From assembly GCA_965662235.1 (NCBI GenBank), contig CBFIGY010000011.1, positions 30,110 to 94,109 of the forward strand: DNA of 64,000 nucleotides. The letters are read 5' to 3'. Below the pieces are notes generated by a model, which searched no databases, was not told where the DNA came from, and saw only the letters and a list, made by a program, of their open reading frames with translations. The translations under genes were made by a program, and so were the position numbers. Positions 40,034 to 50,420 of the stretch are shown in pieces. Position 1 is the first letter of the stretch, and each line of letters starts with the position of its first letter. The DNA is from an uncultured bacterium (lineage in GTDB: Bacteria > SAR324 > NAC60-12).

Positions 40034-40795
40034 TTACTCGCTCTTGCGGGCAATCCGTGAGACCCAGATGCTGATCTCGTAGAGGATCAGGAGCGGGCCT
40101 GCCATCAGCAGCTGGGTAAAGATGTCCGGGGGCGTCAGGATGGCAGCGGCAATGAAGATGATCACCAGTGCGTACTTGCGGTACTCCCGGAGGAAGTGAT
40201 CGTTGAGCAGCCCCAGCCGAGTGAGGATGAAGGAAATCGTCGGGAGCTCAAACACGAGTCCGAATGCAAAGAGCAGGTGCACCGTCAAGGACAGGTAGGC
40301 TCCCATGCTCAGCGTCGGCAGTGTGACCTCGTTGATGAACCCGAGGAAGAAGTCGTAGCCGAAGGGCAGCACGACAAAGTACCCGAACAGCCCGCCACCG
40401 ACAAAGAGGGGGTAGGACAGCAGAATGAAGGGCCACACCGCCTTGCGCTCCTTGGCGTAAAGGGCCGGGCGGATGAAGAGCCAGATCTGTCCCAGCACAA
40501 ACGGGAAGGTCAGGAACAGGGCCGCATAGAGTCCAATCTTCAGGTACGTGAAGAAGGGCTCCGTCAGTTCCAGGAAGTGCAACGGAATGTTGCGGGCTTC
40601 CAGCGGACGCCGGAAGAGGGTCAGGATGGGCTGGTTGAGGTTCATCTCGACATAGACGGCGGCGACAAACACAATCAGGATGGCAATGACCGATTGAACC
40701 AGCCGGGTTCTCAGCTCCGTGAGGTGGCTGGTGAGCGGCATGGGGACGTCATCCGGATTATGATCCGGGCTGGAACTGGGAGATGGGTGACTCAT
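40034..40795 (-). CDS. tatC: Twin-arginine translocase subunit TatC
   Basis: HLTELRTRL, FGLVFELP, AAILTPPD. Confidence 0.95.
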   Translation of the reverse strand: MSHPSPSSSPDHNPDDVPMPLTSHLTELRTRLVQSVIAILIVFVAAVYVEMNLNQPILTLFRRPLEARNIPLHFLELTEPFFTYLKIGLYAALFLTFPFVLGQIWLFIRPALYAKERKAVWPFILLSYPLFVGGGLFGYFVVLPFGYDFFLGFINEVTLPTLSMGAYLSLTVHLLFAFGLVFELPTISFILTRLGLLNDHFLREYRKYALVIIFIAAAILTPPDIFTQLLMAGPLLILYEISIWVSRIARKSE

Positions 40796-40851
40796 GGTTT
40801 TGGAACGGAGGCTAATATGAAAAACAAAGCGAATCTTCTAACATGCTTTCC

Positions 40852-43767
40852 ATGAAACTTCACGACAAACGTCACGGGGCCGGGGCCCTCTTTCTGCTGC
40901 TACTGCTGCTCAGCCTGTTCCCCAGCCTCCTTGGGGCTCAGGAGTCGGTCCCCTCGCGGGAAGTCTACCTGCTGTCTCAGACCTTCAAGGTGGCGAAGCC
41001 CCCGACGCTGGAGGCCCAGTTTTCCCTGAACGGACAAAACCTGGTGACGCTTTCAGGAAACCACCGCCTGGAGTTCTGGGTGCCGCAGAGCGCCAAGCGC
41101 CTGAAGGTGCTTCCGACCGGAGATCACCGGGCAACCCTGTTTGTGCAGCACCCCACGGAGCCGTTGCTGCTGACTGGTGGCGTGGACGATACGTTGCGGA
41201 TCTGGAACCTAGAACGGGCCATGGAAACAGGCATCCTCCGGGGACACCTCTCGGCCATCACGGGCATGGTCCTGGATCCCACTGCGACAACAGCCGTTTC
41301 AGGGAGTGAAGACGGGACCCTCATCTACTGGGATCTCACGGAGCGGAAGCTCATCAAGAAGATTGAGCAGGCCCACCGGGGCGCCATCCACGCCCTGGAG
41401 TTCCACCCGGGTGGAGAGATGCTCGCGTCGGGCGGAGCTGATGGGATGATTCACCTCTGGAAGCTCCCGGACCTGACCCTGATCAAGACCCTGGAGGGCC
41501 ACCTGGACGAAGTCACGCAGGTCCGCTTCACGCCCCTTGGGGAGAAGCTGATTTCGAGTTCAGCCGACCGGACCCTCAAGTTCTGGGACTGGAACACCGG
41601 GACCATCGAAAAGTCGATTGAGCACCACCGCAAAGCCGTCACCGGTTTCGATCTGCACCCGGACCTGGGGCGATTGGTGTCTGCCAGTGCGGATGGCGGT
41701 GTCGCGATTTGGACCTTTCCGGAAGGCGAGCACGTCTTTGACCTGAAGTCGGTCGCGGGGCCGGTTTCGCAGATCCACTTTGATGCCAGTGGCAAGCGCC
41801 TCATTGCCGCTCTTTCTGAAGGACAGGTGCAGACGTGGGAGCTGGGAACCTCTTCCTTCTTGGCTTCCTTGACGGGGCACGAGCGTCCCGTGGACGCCCT
41901 CGCCTTCTCCCGGAATGGCAAGTACCTCGCCACGGCGTCTTCGGACAAAACCATTCGCTTCTGGGAGATGGAAAGCAACAAGATGGTGCGGCAGTACGTC
42001 ACCGAGAACCATCGGGTGCAGTCCATGAGCTTCTCGCCAGACAGCAAGTACCTGTACACCGGCGGCGCAGACTCGACCATCCGGATCTGGAATGCTCAAG
42101 ATGGGGCACAGGAGGCACGGTTGGCCGCTCACAAGGGAAAGGTCAACGCCCTAGCGTTTCACCCGAATGGGAAGGTGCTGCTGACCGGTGGCTCGGACCA
42201 CCAGTGGATGCTTTGGGACCTCGAAACCAATGAAAACTACCGCGTCCAGAAGTCGCACCGAGACCAAGTGACCGCGGTGGATTTCTCTCCGGATGGTTCT
42301 CTGTTTGTCACGGCGAGCAACGACCGCACGGCGCAGATCTGGTCCTTTCCCAAAGGAGAGCCGCTGGGCGTCCTCCGTGGACACTCCCGGGGGCTCACGG
42401 ATGTGGCATTTAGTCCTACCGATCCCTTCATTGCCACCGCGTCACAGGACGGCACCCTGCGGCTCTGGGACATCACCGACCCGGAGGAACCGACCCTGCG
42501 GCTCATTCTGGAGGGGCACAGTTACATCATCTCCCGGTTGTTTTTCTCCAAAAACGGGAAGGCCCTGGTTTCCATCTCCCGGGACAAAACCGTTCGGCTC
42601 TGGAGCGCGGTCAATGGACAGATGATCCGCATCCTCAACGGAGAGAGCACCGCATTGACCAACGGTGCCCTCAGTCCGGACGGCTCCTTGATTGCGGTGA
42701 CCAACCTGGCCAACACCGTGAGCCTGCTGGCGTACCCAGAGAACATCCCGGAACTCAAGGCACTTGAGGCGGCTCCGGTGGCCAGCGCCGAGGCAGGCTC
42801 GGTACCGGCGGCAGAGGCGGCTCCGGTTGCGCTGGAACCCATTTCCCTGAGTGACCCCGTCCGGAACCTTTCGGACCTGACGGTTGCGAATGTGCAGATG
42901 ACTCCGGAGGAGATGCAGGTGTATGCGGTACCCGTGGTGCCGCCTCCTTCCACACGGGGAGAGGAGCTGCAGCAGGAGCTGGACCGGCTCCTGAAGCAGC
43001 AGGTGTGTCAGGAGCTGAGCCCGCTGGAACAGGTGGCGTTGGAGCTGTTGACGTACTATCCGGATGAAATGGCGGCCTACCATGCGCTCCTCAAGGCGGC
43101 GCTCCTTCGCGGTGACCTGCCCCTGGCTCAACTGCTGGTGTACGTCGGCAACGAAGCACGGTTCCGGGTGAACCGGTTTGACTATGCCACCGAGCTGACG
43201 GTCCGGAACACCTTTGACACGTGGAAGAGCACCGTCTTTGATCAAACTTCCCCTCGGCAGGGCAAGCCCATGGAGTTTCGGCTCCGGAACTGCCAGGGGC
43301 AGGAGCAGGTGCTGACGCTTCCGGAAGACCTGCAGACCCTGCGGGTGCCTCAGGAGTTCATCCAGAAGCTGAACTCCATTCCGCGCATCATCGACTTCCG
43401 GGACTTCCGGAACATGCCGCTTGAGGAGTTCCTCAACCGCTTCCACCGGGAAGTGGAGCGGGTGCTGCAGACCGATCAGCCTCTGCCACTGGCACGCCTG
43501 CCTCGGCCCCTTTCTCAACCGGTGGAACCCCAGGAAACGGGGTTACTGGACCTGAACCTGGAGCGGACGACGTCTTGGAAGAATGGCGGTAATGTTCCCT
43601 TCCGGCTCCGTCGGGCCACCCAGCCGTGGCAGTCGTACGTCACCGACCGGGACAACCGGTTGCTGCTGCAGCTGCCAATTGGCAACTACTCCCTGCAGGT
43701 CGGAACCACCATTAGCAGTGCCTTCCGTATAGAACCCGGCATCACCACTACTCCGATCCTCAAGTAA
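40852..43767 (+). CDS. Secreted WD40-repeat protein with an unknown C-terminal region
   Basis: Signal peptide; about 14 GH...WD repeats; Ala/Pro linker. Confidence 0.88.
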   Translation: MKLHDKRHGAGALFLLLLLLSLFPSLLGAQESVPSREVYLLSQTFKVAKPPTLEAQFSLNGQNLVTLSGNHRLEFWVPQSAKRLKVLPTGDHRATLFVQHPTEPLLLTGGVDDTLRIWNLERAMETGILRGHLSAITGMVLDPTATTAVSGSEDGTLIYWDLTERKLIKKIEQAHRGAIHALEFHPGGEMLASGGADGMIHLWKLPDLTLIKTLEGHLDEVTQVRFTPLGEKLISSSADRTLKFWDWNTGTIEKSIEHHRKAVTGFDLHPDLGRLVSASADGGVAIWTFPEGEHVFDLKSVAGPVSQIHFDASGKRLIAALSEGQVQTWELGTSSFLASLTGHERPVDALAFSRNGKYLATASSDKTIRFWEMESNKMVRQYVTENHRVQSMSFSPDSKYLYTGGADSTIRIWNAQDGAQEARLAAHKGKVNALAFHPNGKVLLTGGSDHQWMLWDLETNENYRVQKSHRDQVTAVDFSPDGSLFVTASNDRTAQIWSFPKGEPLGVLRGHSRGLTDVAFSPTDPFIATASQDGTLRLWDITDPEEPTLRLILEGHSYIISRLFFSKNGKALVSISRDKTVRLWSAVNGQMIRILNGESTALTNGALSPDGSLIAVTNLANTVSLLAYPENIPELKALEAAPVASAEAGSVPAAEAAPVALEPISLSDPVRNLSDLTVANVQMTPEEMQVYAVPVVPPPSTRGEELQQELDRLLKQQVCQELSPLEQVALELLTYYPDEMAAYHALLKAALLRGDLPLAQLLVYVGNEARFRVNRFDYATELTVRNTFDTWKSTVFDQTSPRQGKPMEFRLRNCQGQEQVLTLPEDLQTLRVPQEFIQKLNSIPRIIDFRDFRNMPLEEFLNRFHREVERVLQTDQPLPLARLPRPLSQPVEPQETGLLDLNLERTTSWKNGGNVPFRLRRATQPWQSYVTDRDNRLLLQLPIGNYSLQVGTTISSAFRIEPGITTTPILK

Positions 43768-43788
43768 CTCCCCCTCTGCCAATCCACA

Positions 43789-43830
43789 AAAGCGCTCCCT
43801 CTTCTGGGAGTGTTTGGTTTTTAATTTTTT
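43789..43830 (+). terminator. Rho-independent terminator
   Basis: AAGCGCTCCC-tcttct-GGGAGTGTTT followed by a T-rich run. Confidence 0.55.
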
Positions 43831-44149
43831 AAATTAATATTATGTAAATTTAATGATCTCTTTTTCTTTGGAAAGAGGGCAAGAAACCGAGTTGAGAAGA
43901 TGATGGAAAGGAAGCCTTGAGGCCGTAAAAAGGACGGGAGCCTGATTTGAACGGAGAACTGACCTACGGAGACGAGGCAGAGAGGAAGCCGGCATGAGGT
44001 CAAATCGAACCCGACAATCGGAAGCTCCACGCTCCTTCTGGTGAGAAAGCGAGAGGGGTGAGGCGTCTGCCAGGAGGCGTTTTTCGGCACTTTTCGGTAC
44101 AGGGAAGGCAGGCGCAAGCGGGGTGACCGGCTCGCGCCCGGAGGGCTCC

Positions 44150-44653
44150 TTATTCCTCGTCAGGGTCGAGAATGGAGTTGATGGCGGTGACAACGCGCAT
44201 GGTGTCGAGGTTGTTGAGGGGAGCGTACACGAGGATGGCTTGCTTCTCCCGGTCAATGTTCACCGAGTCCTTCCCCATTTTCTCTTGCTCCGGTTGGGAG
44301 TTGATGAAGTAGCAGTAGGAGTTGTTGGGAAGTTCGGTGTCTGTCACCTTGACAAAGTCGTACTGACTGCCTTCGGGGATGACGTTGAGGCTATAGACGT
44401 GGTCGAAGCCTTCTCGGGTGAACTGCTTGAGGAACTTAACCACCTCCGGCTTTTGCTCCTGCTTGATGCGGTGCGAAAGCTGTGTGATCAGTTGTCCTTC
44501 TTTGTCACCGGTGTGGCGACGGTCGGTGTTGGTGAAGATGCCCATTCCCTGGCGGAAGGGGTGAACGGCAGCCCAGAAGAGCTTCTCCATCAACTCTTCC
44601 CAGCGGTCGTGTGGGCAGAGGTGAACCTGCTTCAAGCGAGAGTCGTCAGACAT
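44150..44653 (-). CDS. Hypothetical protein (167 aa)
   Basis: Coding-like ORF with AGGA RBS; no motif recognised. Confidence 0.75.
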   Translation of the reverse strand: MSDDSRLKQVHLCPHDRWEELMEKLFWAAVHPFRQGMGIFTNTDRRHTGDKEGQLITQLSHRIKQEQKPEVVKFLKQFTREGFDHVYSLNVIPEGSQYDFVKVTDTELPNNSYCYFINSQPEQEKMGKDSVNIDREKQAILVYAPLNNLDTMRVVTAINSILDPDEE

Positions 44654-44694
44654 GCGAATTTCCTGGTGCGGTGGAGAAAGAAGGAAGGCGGTGC

Positions 44695-45834
44695 TCAGCC
44701 TCCGGACGCTTTTACCAACTGATTGATGGCACGGGCAACATGAGGGTCATCGGAACGTCCCCGCAGCGCCTCAACGGATTTCTTGGAGAGGGTGCTCAGG
44801 CTTTCCGGAATCGCCTCTCCGCTGCGCTTGACCTGCACCAGCGCTTTGGTGCACAGCGACGCCAATTGCAGCAGGCACCCGGTCTCAAAGCCGGGCTTGG
44901 GAGAGACGCCAATGTTGTCCGCGTTCTGTTGAGAGAACTGCAGGGCCTCCTGGATCAACTTGGAGGTCTGCTCGGTCAGTTCCGGTTTCTTGAGAAACCG
45001 GTTCTGTAGCTGAATGACCTCAATGTCAACGCGACGGTACTCGGCTTCATGGAAGTTAGCGAGTAGGGACTTCTTGTCCGCGCTCTTGATGGCATCGAGG
45101 AGCTGCTGCTGCTGCTCACGGAGCAACGGAAGGATGGCAAAGAGCTGCAGGAGGTGGTCGATCTGCTGCTGCAGGTCCGTGCTGGGTTTCCCGCCAAAGG
45201 CGATTTCCTTGTACTTGAGAACCACAGAGCCGTTGTTGCTGTTGACCTTGAGGACGTGGATCAGTTCCGCAAGGAAGGAGCGGCCATTCCGGACCTGCTG
45301 AAGCTGGTCCTTGACGCGTTCGTCGCGGTCGGCTTCCACCACCAAGCGCATCTCATCGTCCTTCAGGGCCTCATAGAGCGCCGAGAGCAGGCGGTTTTGC
45401 ATGAGGGCCGCAAGGTAGAGAGACGGCTGCCGAGCCTGGGTGGGGTCGAGGTTATTGACGTGGGCCAGCAGGGTGGCATCCATCAGCGCCGCGACGTTCC
45501 CCTTAATCGAGCTTCCGGAGAACATCAGCAGCATCTCGGTCCGGGTGTCCAGTGCCCAAGGATCGTTGATCAGGTGCCGGGCAAGGTCCTGAGCATCGGC
45601 TCCGAGTGCCTCTGCGAGTCGCAGGCCTGCGGCATCCGGACCGGAGGCTTCCGGGAGGGGCTTTTGTGAGAGACTTTGTCCCACACCCTTGAGGGCCGAG
45701 CTGACAATGGTCCGGCGCTTGGCAGAGTTGAACTGCGTCTTGGGCTGTTGAAACAGGCGTCCCATCACGGTGAGGATCCCAAACGGGTCCCCATAGATGG
45801 GCAACTCTCGTACGCGAATATCCGTCAGTGACAT
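44695..45834 (-). CDS. Hypothetical helical protein (379 aa)
   Basis: Long ORF, host-like codon usage. Confidence 0.78.
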   Translation of the reverse strand: MSLTDIRVRELPIYGDPFGILTVMGRLFQQPKTQFNSAKRRTIVSSALKGVGQSLSQKPLPEASGPDAAGLRLAEALGADAQDLARHLINDPWALDTRTEMLLMFSGSSIKGNVAALMDATLLAHVNNLDPTQARQPSLYLAALMQNRLLSALYEALKDDEMRLVVEADRDERVKDQLQQVRNGRSFLAELIHVLKVNSNNGSVVLKYKEIAFGGKPSTDLQQQIDHLLQLFAILPLLREQQQQLLDAIKSADKKSLLANFHEAEYRRVDIEVIQLQNRFLKKPELTEQTSKLIQEALQFSQQNADNIGVSPKPGFETGCLLQLASLCTKALVQVKRSGEAIPESLSTLSKKSVEALRGRSDDPHVARAINQLVKASGG

Positions 45835-45904
45835 GCGGTTGCTCTCAGAAAATCATGAAGGAAGCCGGGCAGCTTCCTGCCCATTGGAACCATGCCTAAT
45901 CTAG

Positions 45905-46603
45905 TCAGAAAGCCGTGGCTTCGTCAACGAAAGAAGTGCTCAGTGAAATCAGGTGCCCGGTTTTGACATAAATCAGCGCCCCTTCCGCTTGCGTGTAGGG
46001 CGTGTGCTCGCTCAGGTGGGGAGAGCGGATCCAGGAGCCCTGAGGGTAGGCTCCCTGCTCATCGTAGAAAACGCCTTCTAGCACATAGATTTCCTCGCCT
46101 CCCCAGTGCTGGTGCCGGTGAAAACGGGTCTCTGGAGCCCAGCGAACCAGGGCCACGTGCTCCTGTTCGTGCTGATGCAACGGCAGTACCGTGACCCCAG
46201 GCACCAGCCCGGGGAACCACTCCGCCTGAGTGGTGTCGGTCACACAGGGCGCCTGGTCGGTCTCGTCGAACTGATGGAGCTTGACGAAGATCAACGCCCC
46301 TTCCTCACCAATGAGAGGCGTGTGTGAGGTGCCAATCGGGTTCCGGACGTAGGTGCCAGCGGGATAGGCGCCGTGCTCATCGGCAAAGACCCCTTCTAGC
46401 ACCAAAAACTCTTCCCCTCCGCCATGAGCATGAGGTGAGAACTGACTCTGAGGCGCATAGCGGACCAGAGAGGTCGCGCGCGCGACTTCTTCTCCCACGC
46501 GGTCGAGCATCATTCGGGTCACCCCTGGCATGGGAGAGGGGACCCACTGGTGGTCTTCCGGCCGGAGGACCACTCGTTCTTGGAAATTCGCATTCAGTCG
46601 CAT
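45905..46603 (-). CDS. ChrR-like double-cupin protein
   Basis: Two copies of HxHxGGEE..VLEGVF.DE.G.YP.G; ATG at 46603. Confidence 0.88.
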   Translation of the reverse strand: MRLNANFQERVVLRPEDHQWVPSPMPGVTRMMLDRVGEEVARATSLVRYAPQSQFSPHAHGGGEEFLVLEGVFADEHGAYPAGTYVRNPIGTSHTPLIGEEGALIFVKLHQFDETDQAPCVTDTTQAEWFPGLVPGVTVLPLHQHEQEHVALVRWAPETRFHRHQHWGGEEIYVLEGVFYDEQGAYPQGSWIRSPHLSEHTPYTQAEGALIYVKTGHLISLSTSFVDEATAF

Positions 46604-47029
46604 GGGCTCACTTGGGACAAGGGCGCTGCCGGCAGCACCGTGCGTTCGTGCACCGTACGCCCTGACGTTACGGGAACGGATCAAAAAATTTCAGCTCTGC
46701 TCCAAGAGGCATCACAACGGTCGGCTTCGAGAAGAAGAACGGCAGGGCTTCATTGTTTCAGGAAAAAAATGTGCCCCTCAAGGCAAAACGAAATCTAAGG
46801 GAAATCGAGGCTTCAGGGACAAATTACGGAAGCCGTTTGGGGGACGAGACCGGACACGTTTGGGGAAAGGCTTCTGTCAGGAGTCCCCTTGAAACTCAGG
46901 GTTACCGGAAAAGCAATTGTTGACTGGGTCACAATTTAGGCTAAGGTTACCGGTTGCGTGTCCCTGTAATGGGTCAAGTTGAATGGTGCACGAACTTTCT
47001 GCGTTGACTGCTAATCGCCTTCTGTCCTG

Positions 47030-50000
47030 ATGCCTTCCGTCCGCCCTCCATTATGGATCTTCACGCATTCCCCCCTCCCGGATCCTCCTGAAGCGTCAAC
47101 ACGAGTGCTGAGTCTGGAGCAGCTGCAGGCCGCTTGGAGCGTCGCTGCGGTTCCGGTGATGATCACGCGCTTGTCCGACGGGCAGGTGCGTTACGCCAAT
47201 GAGCGCGCCGCACAGCTGCTGGAGACCTCTGTGGCCGAGCTCACAGGCCAGATCATCATGACCTACTATGACCCTGCGGAGGATCGTCAGCAGGTGCTCC
47301 AGGACCTGCGGGAACAGGGGCTGCTGGAAAATCGACGGATCCGGGGGCGCACCCGAACAGGGGCTCTTTTGGTGGTCCGGGCCAATTTGCAGCTGGTGCA
47401 GTTCGATGGAGAAGACTGCAGCCTCTCCACGTATCAGGACGTGACCGAAGAAGAGGAGACGAACAGGCTCCTGATTCGGGAGCATGCGTTGCTGTCGTTG
47501 GCGAATTCCGGGGCGCGCCTGAGTTGCTGGTCCTGGAACCCGAAGACCGACGCGGTTTGGTGGAACGATTACCATTACGATCTGTTTGAGATTCCTCGAG
47601 GAACGCAGGTGACCCCAAGCCTGTTTCTGGAACGGGTCTCTGCTTTAGATCGGGCACGGGTGGCGCAGGCGCAGCGAACACCTCTGACGCACACCACGTC
47701 CATTGAGTTTGAACTCGACCTCCCCAGCGGCACCCGGCGCGTGATCCGTGACCATGCTCGCTTTCTTGAAGTGGACGGGGAGCAGTTGATTCTGGGAACC
47801 AGCCAAGACATCACTCCGGACGTGGAGGCGCAGGAGCAGTTGGCCGAAAAGCTGAAGCTGATGCAGATGGCTTCGGAACTCGCCAAACTGGGAACCTGGT
47901 CTCAGTTGGAAGGGTGGAACGAGGAATGGGATCCGGCGATGCGTCACCTGCTGCAGGTTCAAGCAGAGGAGCCCACAAACTTTCAGAAGCTGATGGAGCG
48001 CTTTCACCCTGAAAACGCGGAGGAACAGAAAATCCGTATTCAGGACGCCGACAAACAGGCTCGAGCCGGACACACGGTGACCGGCGTTTACCGGTTCCTG
48101 ATGCCAGATGGGACGGAACGGTTCATTCGGGACTACGTGTCGGCTTACCAAAAAAACGGAAGCTCCCACCTGCTTGGTGTCATTCAGGATGTCACTGAGG
48201 CGGAGCAGACCCGCCGGGCCCTGCAGGAGGGCTTGGAAATGCGCCGCCTGGCGAGCGAAGGGGTGCGGCTCTGTCACTGGCACTGGGAGGTTGAGCGGAA
48301 TCAATCCTGGTGGGATGACCTGCACTATGAGCTCTTTGAGGTAACGCTGGGAACGCCGATTTCAGCAGAGCTTTTTCTGAGTCGGGTCCACCCTCAGGAC
48401 CGGGAGCGGGTGAAGGGAGAGATGCGCTGCACGGACTCGGACCAGGTCCATCAGCTGGAGTACGAGCTTGCTTTGCCCAGCGGCACTCGCCGGGTGATCC
48501 GGGACTACTCCCGCTTCCTGCAGATCGGAGGACGGTGGAAGGTGATTGGAGCCAGCCTGGATGTGACGGCTGACGTGCTGCTGCGGGAAGCTCTGGAGGA
48601 AAAGCTGGCGCTGATGAACCTGGCTTCCGACCTGGCGCAGATGGGGTTCTGGGCAGAAAGAGAAGGGGGTGAGGAGTGGTGGAGCGACTCCATGAAGGAG
48701 CTGATGCAGCTGAAAGAGGGAGAGCCTCAGCAGCTGTCCACCTATCAGAATCGCTTCCATCCGGACTTCTGGCGCCAGCAGGATCAAGCCTTGGTACGTG
48801 CCGATCAGCAGGCCCGCAGGGGCAAGCGGTCTTCCACCCTTTATCAGTTTCAGCTGCCTGATCAATCGGAGCGCCTGATGCGCGGATACGTGGGGCCACG
48901 AAACGACTCCGGTTACCTGATTGGGGTCGTGCAGGATGTCACTGAGCCGGAGCGTCAGCGAGACCAGTTGGAGCAGGAGCTGGAGCTGCACCGGATTGCC
49001 AACCATGCTGCCCAGATGGGGTACTTCCGGAGGAACCTGCAGACCAATGAAACGTGGATGGACGATTACCTGCTGCAGCTGTTTGAGATGGAAGCTGACG
49101 GGTGGTTTGACTCCGATCAGGTCTGGGATCGCTTGAGCCCGGAGTCCCTTTCTCGACTCCTCAAGGCCCGAGATGAGGTGGTGCGTTCGGGCAAAACCGA
49201 GGTGGAGTTGGAGTTGAGGCTTCCCAGCGGTGAGCAGCGGTGGCTCCGGTCACACCAGCAACTCTACCAAGAGAAGGGACGCCACTGGATCCTTGGCGTG
49301 AGCCAGGAGGTGACGGAGTCGGTCAAGATGTGGGAAGTGATTCGCCAGAATGAACGGCTGTATGCAGTGGGGCAACTGGCCGCAGCGGTGAACCACGACC
49401 TGCGACAGCCCCTGGCAATCCTCAACATTGAACTGGGGCTGATGGGACGCAAGCTCCAGCAGAAGCCGTCTCAGGACCTGCAGAAGCACGTGGTGAATGC
49501 CCATACCGCCCTGCAGCATGCAGGATCCATCATGGACCGCTCCTTGGGGATGACGGAGCAGCCACGGGAACTGAAGGCCTGCTGCCTGTCTGAAGTGGTG
49601 CTCCGCACCCTAGAGCTGATGGAAACCCTGCTGAGGAAGCAGGAACTGGTGCCTCGCTTCATCAACCACTGGGAAGAATCCAGTGCCGAACCTCAGGTGC
49701 TGGTGCAGGCCACGGAGCTGATGCTGGTGCTGCAGAACCTGCTGATCAACGCCCGTGACGCTCTTGCGGCCCGGAGGCTTGAAGTCACAACCTTCGGGGG
49801 AGACGCGTTGCAGATCAAACTGCAGCCCGTCAGCGCCCACCAGGTTCGGCTCAGTGTGGTGGACCAAGGAGTGGGCATTCCTGAAGAACTGCTGCCTGAG
49901 ATCTTCAAGCCCCTTGTTTCGACCAAGCACGAGCACAAGAGCACGGGGCTGGGACTGGCCATCAGCCAGCGCATCATTCAGGATCACCAGGGGCGGATTT

Positions 50001-50068
50001 GGGCGGAACCCGGAACCCAAGGCATCGGGACCGCCTTTCACATTGAGCTTCCGGTCATCCGGACCTGA
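47030..50068 (+). CDS. Cytoplasmic multi-PAS sensor histidine kinase
   Basis: About six PAS/PAC units; H-box NHDLRQPL, N-box NLLINARDA, DQGVG, TGLGL. Confidence 0.92.
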   Translation: MPSVRPPLWIFTHSPLPDPPEASTRVLSLEQLQAAWSVAAVPVMITRLSDGQVRYANERAAQLLETSVAELTGQIIMTYYDPAEDRQQVLQDLREQGLLENRRIRGRTRTGALLVVRANLQLVQFDGEDCSLSTYQDVTEEEETNRLLIREHALLSLANSGARLSCWSWNPKTDAVWWNDYHYDLFEIPRGTQVTPSLFLERVSALDRARVAQAQRTPLTHTTSIEFELDLPSGTRRVIRDHARFLEVDGEQLILGTSQDITPDVEAQEQLAEKLKLMQMASELAKLGTWSQLEGWNEEWDPAMRHLLQVQAEEPTNFQKLMERFHPENAEEQKIRIQDADKQARAGHTVTGVYRFLMPDGTERFIRDYVSAYQKNGSSHLLGVIQDVTEAEQTRRALQEGLEMRRLASEGVRLCHWHWEVERNQSWWDDLHYELFEVTLGTPISAELFLSRVHPQDRERVKGEMRCTDSDQVHQLEYELALPSGTRRVIRDYSRFLQIGGRWKVIGASLDVTADVLLREALEEKLALMNLASDLAQMGFWAEREGGEEWWSDSMKELMQLKEGEPQQLSTYQNRFHPDFWRQQDQALVRADQQARRGKRSSTLYQFQLPDQSERLMRGYVGPRNDSGYLIGVVQDVTEPERQRDQLEQELELHRIANHAAQMGYFRRNLQTNETWMDDYLLQLFEMEADGWFDSDQVWDRLSPESLSRLLKARDEVVRSGKTEVELELRLPSGEQRWLRSHQQLYQEKGRHWILGVSQEVTESVKMWEVIRQNERLYAVGQLAAAVNHDLRQPLAILNIELGLMGRKLQQKPSQDLQKHVVNAHTALQHAGSIMDRSLGMTEQPRELKACCLSEVVLRTLELMETLLRKQELVPRFINHWEESSAEPQVLVQATELMLVLQNLLINARDALAARRLEVTTFGGDALQIKLQPVSAHQVRLSVVDQGVGIPEELLPEIFKPLVSTKHEHKSTGLGLAISQRIIQDHQGRIWAEPGTQGIGTAFHIELPVIRT

Positions 50069-50420
50069 CCCGCGCCCCTTCGCTTTCTCCGGACCGGGCC
50101 TCTGGCTCTGCTGCCTTCCCCGCTCTCTCGTCTCCTTGTCCTCACGTTTCCCTCCTTGCTTCCGATGGAAGGCCGGCTTTTTGTCCTCAAGAAATTCTCG
50201 CAGTGTTCTTGATGTCTCTTAGAAGAGAGTTAATGGCCTGAAATCATTTGATGAGTCTGTTGAAATATTTTTCCATGTTGGACGCGCAAAAAAGAACAGT
50301 GTTTTTTCCGCTTTATTTGTCTGATTTAGTTGGGTAAATTTTGGGGTCTTCTAAGATTCATTGCCTCTCAGGTGGATGAGGGATTCCTCATGGTGGCGAC
50401 CACGGAGGTGATGCCATTCC

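Noticed and set aside
46780..46960. Possible c-di-GMP riboswitch (GGCAAA...GAAA) and short direct repeats (CGTTTGGGG x2, GGTTACCGG x2)
   Set aside because: No paired stems or GCAAAGC element; the repeats are too short and few for a CRISPR array
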